Source: Botryllus schlosseri
Lineage: Eukaryota
DNA length: 64,000 nucleotides
NCBI GenBank assembly: GCA_051294905.1
Contig: CM119372.1
Coordinates: forward strand, 8,682,001 to 8,746,000
Reading direction: 5' to 3'
The notes beneath the pieces were generated by a model, which saw only the letters and a program-made list of their open reading frames with translations, was not told where the DNA came from and searched no databases. Positions 13,701 through 24,621 of the stretch are shown here, in pieces (positions within the stretch are counted from its first letter, which is position 1; each line of letters opens with the position of its first letter). The position numbers and the translations under genes are program-made.

Positions 13701-16700
13701 TTAAACACCCAAAAATGCGGAGTAGCAAAAAGGCAAATCTCAGATGCCCTCCGGAACATCAAGGCCGCTCTAGATTTAGCCTACTATAAAAAACAACAAC
13801 TCATAATACTGAATTTGGACCAAGAAAAAGCATACGATAGGGTACCACACCTTTATCTGTATAAAATCTTAGAAAACTACAAAATCCCGAAATCAATTAG
13901 AAGATTAATATCAAACATATACGATAACTCCTTTAGCAAAGTGAACATCAATGGTAGTCTAACAGGCAGGATACAGATAGATAGGGGCCTAAGGCAAGGG
14001 TGCCCTCTCAGTATGTGCCTCTACGCTATGTCAATCGATCCACTAGCAAGACGCATAGTAAAAAACAAGAAAATTAGGGGGATCAAACTGGGCGGAGAAG
14101 AGCTCAAGCTACAGCAGTATGCTGATGACATGACGGTCCTAGTGACAGATATGCCATCAATAGATGAAACAATGAAAGAACTAGATATCTTTGGCAAAGC
14201 CACAGGGCAATGCCTAAACAAAGAAAAAACAGAAATCATAAGTACGAACGCGGATAAAAAAATAAAAACTAGCATATACAGAGATAATTTGAAAACGTCG
14301 ACAGAAATTTTAGGCCAAACTTTTGGAAAAGAATACAAGAACAAAACGTGGAGAAAAAGAATAGAACGGATAAGGAAACTAACAATGGCATACAGAAATA
14401 GAAATTTAACTTGGTTCGGGAAGGCAATAATAATAAACAGTTTAATGGCATCGCAAGTCATATACAACGCCAGGATAATTGATATAAACAAAGAAAGGAT
14501 AAGGGAAATAGAGAACTTAATTTTCAAGTTCCTATGGTATCCCGAAAAATTAGAACCAATCAGGCGAACACAAATGATATCCAAAGTAATAATGAATGAG
14601 ATTAACATACCAAGTATAGAAAGCAAATTCGAAACATGCAAAGCAGAAAAATATCAAATAATAAAAAACTTAGACGAGCCGAGTGAATTTTGGCACCACG
14701 AGGCACTGTATAATCTAGGCACAAAAGTGCGAAACATAAACGAAGGGTTATACTCTAACTCTTGCCCACACAAAGATAAAATGGGCAAAGAATGGGAGAG
14801 AATAATAGAGACGGTGAAATGCATAGAATGGAACGAGGAGGAATGGAAGGAGGCAACACATAGAAAAATGTATCGAGAAATCAAAAAACAAAAAGTAACG
14901 AGATCAGCAATCAAACTAAGTAACAGGAATGAAATAAATTGGAAAAAGGTACAAACTAAAAATGAGGGTGGAGGCAGTATTAAAAACAAAGAGAGAATAA
15001 ATAACATTAGAATAGCATGTAAAGGATACTTTTTTGGAGAAGACATAAGAAAACGCAACTTGTTAGGAATAAATTGGCAAAATAAAATTGACACAAATTG
15101 CAAATTCTGCGGACACAGAATAGACAATCTCGATCACATTTTTTTAGAATGCATTTGGGTGAAAGATATTTTCGCAAACTTCAGACTGCTAATAGGAAAC
15201 AAAAGCATTGAAAAAGATCAAATCTTTTTTAATGAAAAATTAGACAAAAAAGATTGGACGATAATCAGCATAATTAAAAACCAAATCATCAGAACAAAAT
15301 TAGGACTAGATAAAGAAAACGTGAATATTAAAAAAACCAAAATAACGACGAAATCAATTACGAAAAGAATAATAAGAAAAATAAAGAAAAGAACATTTAG
15401 TTTCGAAAACCCAATACAAAAAATCACTTTCAAAAACGAAATAGCTTTCATCGAAGACGAAAATAAAGCAACCTGAAGAAACGAGTGGAGAACGAGAAAC
15501 GGGAGAAAAGAAAGAAAAAGGATGGTAAGTACACGACGGAATCGATGACGGAAGAGAAGCACAAAAGATGAAGAACTGGAAAAGAAATTTTCATGTATTG
15601 TCTGTGTGAACTTTCATGCAATTTTCATGCAATTTTCGATTTGAAATGTGTCATGTAATTTGAAAGAATAAATGGAAATTTGGCAATTTTTAAATTTGAA
15701 ATATATATATATTTTATTTGATTTATGTTTGATGACACTAAGGCTCGCTGCGGCAGCCTACAAAAAAAAAAAATGAGCATCGTTTCTATAGACAGCCTAA
15801 CACTTTGATGGGGTGAACAGAAAATTTTCAAATTTTTTATTGTTTATTTTTATATGATAAATAGAAACTTTCTTCTCCTGTAGCAAAGCGGTTACTGGCT
15901 GGAATTAAACCAAATTTTGTGTGTAGGCTTAAATTAGGTAACCTAACAATTTTATCAAGTAGCCAGTACGATTTGAGAAAATAAGTCATTTCTGAAGAGC
16001 CCTACTGTACAGTGTAGACTTTGTAATAAATGAAATCTTATATGCCATGCCAGTTTCCGATTCTGGTAGAGCAGAACTAAAGTACAATTCCATCCAAGTA
16101 AAAATAATATTATTTGCAAGGTAATGTAGGAAGAATTTACTTCATGAGGAATACGACGGGTTCAAAAACTAATGATAAGGCTCAGAATGCAGGTCCAAGA
16201 GAACCCGTAGAAAATTTGAAAACCGTTTCGAATATGGAACGGCAGTGTAAGTAGAAGACAGCCACTTGAACCCTCGATAAACAATGCGTGTTCGTTATGG
16301 TACGCATCCAATAATTTGTTACTGTACTTGTACGCCCATATATATAAAATAGTTTTGATGGTAATAATTTTGTATACTCACAAATATATTGGATGCAAAG
16401 GGATGCAGAGTGACTGAAACACTTGCATCTGGATCCACGTCCGGAGGAAAAAATGTGATGGTCACATTCACTGAAGTGTCGTTGGCGTTCGATTTAAAAA
16501 TCGGGACGACCTTGGTTTGGTTGACTCCATATGGAAGAGAGCTGATTGCTCCATATTCTGAATAATTAAAGGTACATTAGCAATTTTACTTTAAAAATAA
16601 AGATCGTTCGGACACATTCATTCAGAAGTTGAAACTCATTCATGATTTTTGTACACTCAATTCTCACCCGAAATAAAAATTACAATTGATCCCATGCTTT

Positions 16701-18460
16701 TGAAAAAAATTATAACAGACAACACATGTCGCGAAAGGTATTTTATCAACCAATGAGGAAACTATACGGTCAGGAAAGTGTGTATATTAACGAAAACATA
16801 ATTCATGCAATCCTTTCATAACTCACGCCCTACCGATCCAAGAACACTTGCGCTAGACTGGGAGCGTCTGTATAAATTAGCGACATTCTGACAGCGACAG
16901 AACCCTGTGTGTTGTAAATCATCGTGTTGTCATCGACAAAGTAACTTCGCACGGGAAGTAATTTTATGTGGAAGGTAGCACGCGTGCGGTGTGCAAGGTC
17001 ACTGCGAAAAGATATTCTTTATCTCTCACTCACCGCAACAGAACCTTCTTGCCGATGAGATGTCTATCGACGTGGAACGAATCGCAGCTCCAATGCAATC
17101 TAGTATTTCCATCTGGATGTTAGCAGTTCCTACCTCGCCATTTGCGTACAACCTGAGCAGGGAGTAGACATTTATCAATATGAATCTGCTATAGACCTAT
17201 ATGATGCATAAAATATGTCGATCTCTGAATTGTGTACAAACGATCGATGTCGAGCGCGTGGGTTGATTAATTAGGTGATTCTTGATGAAGATGATAAATA
17301 CCACGAGATAAAGAAAGATAAATATAATATTATGTATAAAAACAATGTAAAATGATCTATTAGGTTACTCACGCACAAACCATCATAATTTGCCTACCTA
17401 TTATAAGCAACTATGTCGAACTGGTAGATCGCGTTGAATTTCACCGGGTACCTAATATTCCTCGCAGTCTGTAAAAAAGTCGTAAATAGCTTGGCAATGT
17501 TTCGGGCAGAACTGTCGCGCGCTCCTTCTCACCGCTGGAACCGTCTGATATCCCATATTCAAATAAAAATTGACATCATCACAAGTTCTGTTGTACCACA
17601 GCACCGAGCAGTTGCTCAACGGACACTCGCAGACGCTCGGGTGTCCACCCCCGCATTCGCTGTAGTCTGACACCGGTTCTAGGCAATTCGGATCTCCTGT
17701 CTTGTTCACCCAGAGATACGTGGAACTGTGGAATATTCGTCCGTTAAACCAGGATTATTTTCGAGATATTTATATGGATATCAGCAGGTTTATTATGTCA
17801 TGATGGCTACGCTTTGGTTGCAAACGTATTGACTCACTTTGAAACGCAGGGAGAATGAGATAAAATCGACTCCACGTCCCCTTCATGGAAGCGTACTGCG
17901 TAACCGTCCAAAGGTAGATCTTAAAACAGATCGGATATCTGGCCTTGATTAGGTGGTATCACTCAAGTTATGGTTGGACCGACAATGAAATGCATGTTTT
18001 GGCCAGTCAATCATATAAATTCGGAATTTCTGCATCTATCAGAATCAATGTAATAATACGTATCCTTTCCGAGGAAATTTACGTGATTAGTTGGCATGAT
18101 AGGCATATGAAAACTGTTTAGCAACCACGCCTTATTCTGACGGCACTAATGGAACAACACCATTGCAGAATGATCTGAGCGTGAACTCACTGAAATTATA
18201 ATCAGATACGTCGGTAGTCCAATTGGCAACGGCGTAGATGCGAAGTTCGTTTTCCTCCGTGAGTTCCAATGTAGATGTGAGGGATGGCTCTACCGTTATC
18301 CGTCTCACATCTGTTAAAATGATAGTTAGATGTCACAAGCGGCAAGGCTGCAATCAAAATTTATTTTACCAGAACTAGAATCCCGACACACTCGTCCACA
18401 AACCCGATGAGCGATTAGAACAAGGACGCTTGGAATTAATATGTATTTTAGAGAAGTCAT
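4735..18460 (-). CDS. Receptor tyrosine kinase, paralog A (signal peptide, FN3-like/Cys-rich ectodomain, 2 EGF, TM, Tyr kinase; about 917 aa)
   Basis: Phase-consistent GT-AG exons: 18460-18370, 18310-18191, 17919-17838, 17725-17533, 17468-17398, 17152-17034, 16557-16382, 12702-12661, 12548-12344, 11958-11818, 10399-10267, 10210-9994, 9596-9335, 8674-8490, 6239-6040, 5701-5594, 5461-5324, 5059-4903, 4848-4735 (2754 nt). Motifs: MTSLKYILIPSVLVLIA signal, CVCGEGYYGDG and CYCPDGYFGDG EGFs, ILLATVLPILFLIIIAAVCVWFII TM, GRGNYG, VAVK, HGDIAARN, DFG, VPMKWTSPE, SDVWSYG, CW. The donors at 12661 and 11818 are the least certain. Confidence 0.9.
6400..6760 (+). mobile_element. Fragment of hAT-like non-autonomous element family B (TAGGGTTGCA terminus)
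   Basis: Homologous to 26479-26780 plus 28535-28630 and, inverted, to 32462-35175. Confidence 0.65.
13344..15476 (+). CDS. LINE ORF2 remnant: reverse transcriptase plus C-terminal zinc knuckle, endonuclease domain missing (first about 22 codons are MITE-derived; first ATG at 13419)
   Basis: KTPGSDGL, WRPITLLNVDYKIL, LDQEKAYDRV, GLRQGCPLS, QYADD, CKFCGHRIDNLDHIFLEC; no in-frame stops. Confidence 0.9.
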   Translation: MLTVNTILFKSKFFDGYNSASTLKKMSAGKTPGSDGLQKEFYIKFWKQLGKTMTEIYNNAMTFGNTCKSWNKGIVQLLYKKGDAKQLKNWRPITLLNVDYKILTSILANRLKGVTGKLILNTQKCGVAKRQISDALRNIKAALDLAYYKKQQLIILNLDQEKAYDRVPHLYLYKILENYKIPKSIRRLISNIYDNSFSKVNINGSLTGRIQIDRGLRQGCPLSMCLYAMSIDPLARRIVKNKKIRGIKLGGEELKLQQYADDMTVLVTDMPSIDETMKELDIFGKATGQCLNKEKTEIISTNADKKIKTSIYRDNLKTSTEILGQTFGKEYKNKTWRKRIERIRKLTMAYRNRNLTWFGKAIIINSLMASQVIYNARIIDINKERIREIENLIFKFLWYPEKLEPIRRTQMISKVIMNEINIPSIESKFETCKAEKYQIIKNLDEPSEFWHHEALYNLGTKVRNINEGLYSNSCPHKDKMGKEWERIIETVKCIEWNEEEWKEATHRKMYREIKKQKVTRSAIKLSNRNEINWKKVQTKNEGGGSIKNKERINNIRIACKGYFFGEDIRKRNLLGINWQNKIDTNCKFCGHRIDNLDHIFLECIWVKDIFANFRLLIGNKSIEKDQIFFNEKLDKKDWTIISIIKNQIIRTKLGLDKENVNIKKTKITTKSITKRIIRKIKKRTFSFENPIQKITFKNEIAFIEDENKAT
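13410..15773 (+). mobile_element. 5'-truncated non-LTR retrotransposon (L1/Tx1-like LINE) with 3' UTR and poly(A)
   Basis: RT ORF, about 290-nt 3' UTR, A12 tail at 15762-15773; flanked on both sides by MITE-A sequence. Confidence 0.92.
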
Positions 18461-18735
18461 GGCGACTAATGTCGCTGGACATAGTACGGACTAGGCAGGT
18501 CACGTTCGAGATGTCATTGTCTTAATTAGTTCACCAATGTCTTGTTTGTGAGAAGTTGACAGATCTGTAGAATTACAATGTCAGTTTTATTCTTAACATT
18601 TTTGTACAGTTGAAAGCACAGAAAATTTAAACTGTATTCAGGATCCTCTCCAGTAAACAGTTATTTTTCAGATTTGACGATTGGACAACTTCAATAATTT
18701 GGCTGCACTGTAACAAGTGTATCTGATCCCAACAT

Positions 18736-19398
18736 TAGGGCTCTTCAAAAATGGCTATTTTTCTCAAATCGTACTGGCTACTTGATAAAAGTGTTAGGTT
18801 ACCTAATTTAAGCCTACACACAAAATTTGGCTCAATTCCAGCCAGTAACCGCTTTGCTACAGGAGAAGAAAGTTTCTATTTATTATATAAAAATAAATAA
18901 TAAAAAATTTGAAAATTTTCTGTTCACCCCATGAAAGTGTTAGGCTGTCTATAGAAACGATGCTCACCAAATTTGGTTCATTTCCAACCAGTGGAAGCGG
19001 AGTTATTGCCGTCGAAAAATTTGGATTTGAATAAAATAGTATTTACGGTGAGCACAATTATAATAAATAAACAAAGAATCGGTCACCGTAAATACTATTT
19101 TATTCAAATCCAAATTTTTCGACGGCAATAACTCCGCTTCTACTGGTTGGAATTGAACCAAATTTGGTGAGCATCGTTTCTATAGACAGCCTAACACTTT
19201 CATGGGGTGAACAGAAAATTTTCAAATTTTTTATTATTTATTTTTATATAATAAATAGAAACTTTCTTCTCCTGTAGCAAAGCGGCTACTGGTTGGAATT
19301 GAACCAAATTTTGTGAGTAGGCTTAAATTAGGTAACCTAACAATTTTATCAAGTAGCCAGTACGATTTGAGAAAAAAAGTCATTTTTGAAGAGCCCTA
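18736..19398. mobile_element. Palindromic hAT-type MITE family A, copy 2 (663 bp)
   Basis: About 315-bp inverted arms, about 30-nt loop, TSD CCCAACAT on both sides. Confidence 0.93.
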
Positions 19399-20930
19399 CC
19401 CAACATCCATAAGGCATACAAATATTTATCTTCATATGTATAGGCTCAATTTTAAATTCAATTCATTCAGAATAAATTACACGAAAACTACTTGAACTCA
19501 TCTTCGTTATTTCATGATTGCTGCAATCATGTCTCGTGATGGCTGGGTTACCATCGCGTATATCATGGGCTGGGATTTGCCTCATTTGTGCTCGATTGAG
19601 ATGCTATTATACGACTACAATGCGACGACACGGCGGTATTTACCTTGGCTATTACGTCACACTGAGTTATCGTACTGTGATACCTGTGAATCGACTGTAA
19701 CGCCGATCATGGTTACGAGTTTTGTAAACATTAGGGCTCTTCAAAAATGAATTTTTTTCTCAAATCGTACTGGCTACTTGATAAAATTGTTAGGTTACCT
19801 AATTTAAGCCAACACACAAAATTTGGTTCAATTCCAGCCAGTAACCGCTTTGCTACAGGAGAAGAAAGTTTCTATTTATTATATAAAAATAAATAATGAA
19901 AAATTTGAAAATTTTCTGTTCACCCCATGAAAGTGTTAGGCTGTCTATAGAAACGATGCTCACCAAATTTGGTTCATTTCCAACCAGTGGAAGCGGAGTT
20001 ATTGCCGTCGAAAAATTTGGATTTGAATAAAATAGTATTTACGGTGAGCACAATTATAATAAATAAACAAAGAATCGGTCACCGTAAATACTATTTTATT
20101 CAAATCCAAATTTTTCGACGGCAATAACTCCGCTTCTACTGGTTGGAATTGAACCAAATTTGGTGAGCATCGTTTCTATAGACAGCCTAACACTTTCATG
20201 GGGTGAACAGAAAATTTTCAAATTTTTTATTATTTATTTTTATATAATAAATAGAAACTTTCTTCTCCTGTAGCAAAGCGGCTACTGGTTGGAATTGAAC
20301 CAAATTTTGTGTGTAGGCTTAAATTAGGTAACCTAACAATTTTATCAAGTAGCCAGTACGATTTGAGAAAAAAAGTCATTTTTGAAGAGCCCTACCCAAC
20401 ATCCATAAGGCATACAAATATTTATCTTCATATGTATAGGCTCAATTTTAAATTCAATTCATTCAGAATAAATTACACGAAAACTACTTGAACTCATCTT
20501 CGTTATTTCATGATTGCTGCAATCATGTCTCGTGATGGCTGGGTTACCATCGCGTATATCATGGGCTGGGATTTGCCTCATTTGTGCTCGATTGAGATGC
20601 TATTATACGACTACAATGCGACGACACGGCGGTATTTACCTTGGCTATTACGTCACACTGAGTTATCGTACTGTGATACCTGTGAATCGACTGTAACGCC
20701 GATCATGGTTACGAGTTTTGTAAACATTAGGGCTCTTCAAAAATGAATTTTTTTCTCAAATCGTACTGGCTACTTGATAAAATTGTTAGGTTACCTAATT
20801 TAAGCCAACACACAAAATTTGGTTCAATTCCAGCCAGTAACCGCTTTGCTACAGGAGAAGAAAGTTTCTATTTATTATATAAAAATAAATAATGAAAAAT
20901 TTGAAAATTTTCTGTTCACCCCATGAAAGT
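18903..20930. repeat. 996-bp tandem duplication (part of MITE, 333-bp spacer, part of MITE)
   Basis: Spacers 19399-19731 and 20395-20727 read identical; ORF track repeats with a 996-bp offset. Confidence 0.9.
19732..20394. mobile_element. MITE family A, copy 3 (recombinant hybrid of copies 4 and 2)
   Basis: Left flank GTAAACAT (copy 4 TSD), right flank CCCAACAT (copy 2 TSD). Confidence 0.9.
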
Positions 20931-21390
20931 ATTAGGATGTCTATAGAAACGATCCTCACCAAATTTGGTTCAATTCCAACCAGTGGAAGCGGAGTTATTG
21001 CCGTCGAAAAATTTTGATTTGAATAAAATAGTATTTACGGTGAGCACAACTATAATAAATAAACAAAGAATCGGTCACCGCAAATACTATTTTATTCAAA
21101 TCCAAAATTTTCGACGGCCATAACTCCGCTTCCACTGGTTGGAATTGAACCAAATTTGGTGAGCGTCGTTTCTATAGACATCCTAACACTTTCATGGGGT
21201 GAACAGAAAATTTTCAAATTTTTTATCATTTATTTTTATATAATAAATAGAAACTTTCTTCTCCTGTAGCAAAGCGGTTACTGGCTGGAATTGAACCAAA
21301 TTTTGTGTGTAGGCTTAAATTAGGTAACCTAACAATTTTATCAAGTAGCCAGTACGATTTGAGAAAAAAAGTCATTTTTGAAGAGCCCTA
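20728..21390. mobile_element. MITE family A, copy 4 (663 bp)
   Basis: Same termini, TSD GTAAACAT on both sides. Confidence 0.93.
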
Positions 21391-23382
21391 GTAAACATAC
21401 GCTATTACGTAGGCTGATGACAGTGGTTGAGATATGATGGTTACTAGTCAAGGGAACCATACACTGTAGCGTAAACCCGTTTCGTTCGAAAACCTCCATG
21501 ATGTACCGATATTCGATTCGCAAATTTCACGTTTAAAATACGGTGCGCATGATCAGTGCCTCGTCAATTACAATTTTAATTCACCGCTGTCCGTGGAAAA
21601 TGAACAGATTTTTGTTCTGTTATTTCGTCTACTCTACACAGTCGGAGAAAGGCGCCACGAACCGGTTATTTTGGTGGTTTATGAGAATTTACGCGGTAAA
21701 TGAGCGCTAGTAACACCACAATGATACATCATAATTATGGGCTAGATTTAAGCAGCAGCTCGGCTGTTTATTGACGACGGAATCTATGTTTCAAAATACG
21801 ACATTTCGTCCATTGGAATGCGAATGACGTCATACGCATCGATTTCTCAAAACAACGTTTTTCTTTTCCTTTTGTCCGAGTTCGTAGCGTGTTTTGCCAT
21901 GTAGTCAACGGGGAAGTCCAGTACATGGAAGTATTATTGAAATGCACTGCTATGGTGATATTAGAAATTTATTCAAGTTGATGCAATGGAGTGTTGTTAA
22001 TTGGTGCATTATAATAATAATTAAATTCGTTTCGCTAGGACTATAGCTACAGTCAATTCGCGAAACGAAATTGCCTCACCGACCCTAAACACCCCACGCA
22101 TAAAGACAATGAGAAATGAATTCACCACTAAGTAATAAATTTAATTTTTACTCTATTCACGACTTATTCCATCGCAATAGCTAATTTACTGCGCGTGGTT
22201 AACGATGATATCCCTCTCAGCCAAATAAATTCATTTCATACTGCACAATGTGCCGGTGATCTTATTTCAACCAATAGTTCACAAACCTACGAGGACAATG
22301 ATTTTATAAAGAAGAATCTGTCCTTGTAGCTTGTATATATTCCGATGAATCTACGTCGCTACAAGGGAACGTTGAATAACCTGGTGATGTGAGTTTGTTT
22401 TCCTTTGCTCGGATCTTTTTATAAGTACTACCAAAACAATCGGCAAATACATATTCCTTCGGGTTGTAAACTTGCATAGCTCGCCTAGATCTACCCCAAG
22501 GCGATTCGTTTCCATTTGTTTTGCATAATATTGAATTGAATTTTCAGTCTTTACACATCTAATACGAAGCTGCGGCCGCAATATTATGTATGAAGTAAGC
22601 CTTGTGTTCTGCCGGTGTTATTCATAGAATACGATATCCTCACTCTCTACCTGCGCACCGCCTGCTTCACTGCTATTTTTGTAACTCCACCTCGCGATAC
22701 TAGATTGAATGACGCGATTTAGGCGTTCACGGTCTGAACAAAGCACATCATTTATCTGTTTGGGATCAGCAAACACTTTTCTTACGTTTCAATACAAAAG
22801 TCTCCCATCTATCCATAACCATTATTATCAAGTCTCCCATCGGAGGCCTATCGTACAACGCTTCACGGACCCACGCACTGCTGAACCCAGCTAAGGTTTG
22901 ATCCCCCGACACGTGTTTCAGTTGCTTTTCTGTTTGAAAGCCTCTCGAATTATATCTCCTGATTCATAAACCTACTCTACTCGTCCTGCCGCAGCGTCGA
23001 TCTCTTTATAATCATCTAGTCATAGTATGTGGAAATCACGGCTGAATAACCTTTCGGCGTATCCCAGCCTGGTCGGAGCCTTGCTCGCTCAGCTCTAACT
23101 TGTGATTATTTCGGAAATCTGTTTCGGAATATTTTGTTACCTTGGCCCCTAGCGTCAAGACCCTAGCAATTTGCGCCGCGTGATGTTTACAAACATTTCG
23201 TAGTCACATAGCGCGTAGCTATTTCCTGTGACGAGACACATTCTCTTACATGCGTTTGCATTCATGACGGCGTTAGACTCGTCTTAGTGAAGGTAATGGT
23301 GTCGTCGTCAATGATGATGATGATAAAGACATAAACAAATATCTCCTCTAGAATCATATTGGGGATCAATTAAACCTATAAC

Positions 23383-23894
23383 TAGGCCTGGGCAAAATCA
23401 AGTACCTGAGTGATTCGATTCTGAATCACGTATTATGCTTCGAGTCGAGTAATCGAGTATCACTCACTATGACGTCACTACAGAATGTAATATGTCAACG
23501 TTCAAATATGTACTTTTTATGCCACCACAAAGAATATAATGCCTGTTATCGAACACATTAAACATACTTTGGTATTTTTTCGACCATACCGATTTCATTG
23601 CACTTCGTGACAATGTTGTGGGATGATCATGTCTTCGGAAATGTGCTATTTCTAGTAACGTTCGTAGCTTTGTACTATATGTTTCGTATGCTACGATACG
23701 GCCTATCAGGGTTTCAAGGCTTCAACAGTGAAAATTAGTATCGACACTATAATTCTCTTTGATAAACTAACTTTGAGTGGCGAGGAGCGTATAATTTCAG
23801 TACTCGAAAAATTCGTCTTTTACTACTCGACTCGAATCACTAAAATTAATACTCGATTCAGATTCGAGTACTCGAATCATTGTGCCCAGCCCTA
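23383..23894. mobile_element. hAT-type MITE (512 bp)
   Basis: TAGGCCTGGGC...GCCCAGCCCTA termini, TSD CCTATAAC; a related interrupted copy starts near 40434. Confidence 0.85.
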
Positions 23895-24232
23895 CCTATA
23901 ACCCGAGAAATGAGAGACTCGTTTGCGAGAGTTCACCGCGTGACTTGTACAAATCCAACATTGATACAAATCATGGGGTTAGTCGTGCGGATAAACGTGG
24001 CGTGATTCAGCAGAAATATATTTAACAGGGGAGTGAGATTGTTAGGGGAGATTCCTATTCGAAAAATACTCTATTTACCTGGATTGAATGGAAGATATGT
24101 GTCAGGTTGCAATGTCACAGTTCGTGTTTTATTCCGGTATGGATCGTGCTATGATGTTACATACTGACATAATTCACCCGAAAAATCCGGTATTCGCCAG
24201 AAAATCAAATTCTTTGTAGCCTTAAAAACGCC

Positions 24233-24549
24233 ATGAGTACCAAGAATGACTTGCATGAATACTATTCCATCCTCAAGATTACCAGACCACGACCTGACCT
24301 ATCGATCTCGCCTTCCATGACATGCCACCCCATTTTTTGTCGCTTGATTTTTTCTATACTATCTTATTTACTTTTCATTCAGTGTTCATGCCTCCTCTTT
24401 ACATCGCCAAGGCCAAGGTGGGTGACTGATTCCATAGACTACTCCAAGTCGCTTCGACACCTTGCTATCTTTTCATTGTATCGCATTTTTGTGGTGCATT
24501 GAACTGATAAAAATTGCTAATAAGCCAATGATGATGATGATGATGATGA
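24233..24549 (+). mobile_element. 3' end fragment of a CR1/L2-type LINE with (ATG)n tail
   Basis: Homologous to the 3' UTRs at 58540-58796 and 61830-62090. Confidence 0.65.
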
Positions 24550-24621
24550 CCAATCTAATAGCAAGTAATGGAACGCCAAGACCTATTTATTGTTGTTACA
24601 TCACCTGCGACAAAAGGTAGG

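Larger units (their letters stand above)
13001..16004. mobile_element. Palindromic hAT-type MITE family A, copy 1, interrupted by a LINE
   Basis: TAGGGCTCTTC...GAAGAGCCCTA termini, perfect 8-bp TSD CTGTACAG; central loop is inverted relative to copies 2-4. Confidence 0.92.

Noticed and set aside
14021..15562. Long hydrophobic minus-strand ORFs (206, 157, 114 aa)
   Set aside because: Antisense shadows of the A-rich LINE ORF
16826..17001. Open segment that could be an extra RTK exon
   Set aside because: Direct splicing 17034->16557 keeps phase and matches the CC/E junction of the paralogs; not needed, though alternative use is not excluded
4735..18460. Naming the RTK as TIE, RET, FGFR or a known allorecognition gene
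   Set aside because: No Ig, cadherin or sushi domain recognisable; domain order and the HGD loop do not fit; needs phylogeny
19313..20746. Pairs of identical short ORFs
   Set aside because: By-products of the 996-bp duplication and MITE sequence
22305..22930. Minus-strand open segments (one ending TDSSL-stop) as possible last exons of paralog B
   Set aside because: Weak acceptors, no phase-consistent chain or TM found; left unassigned
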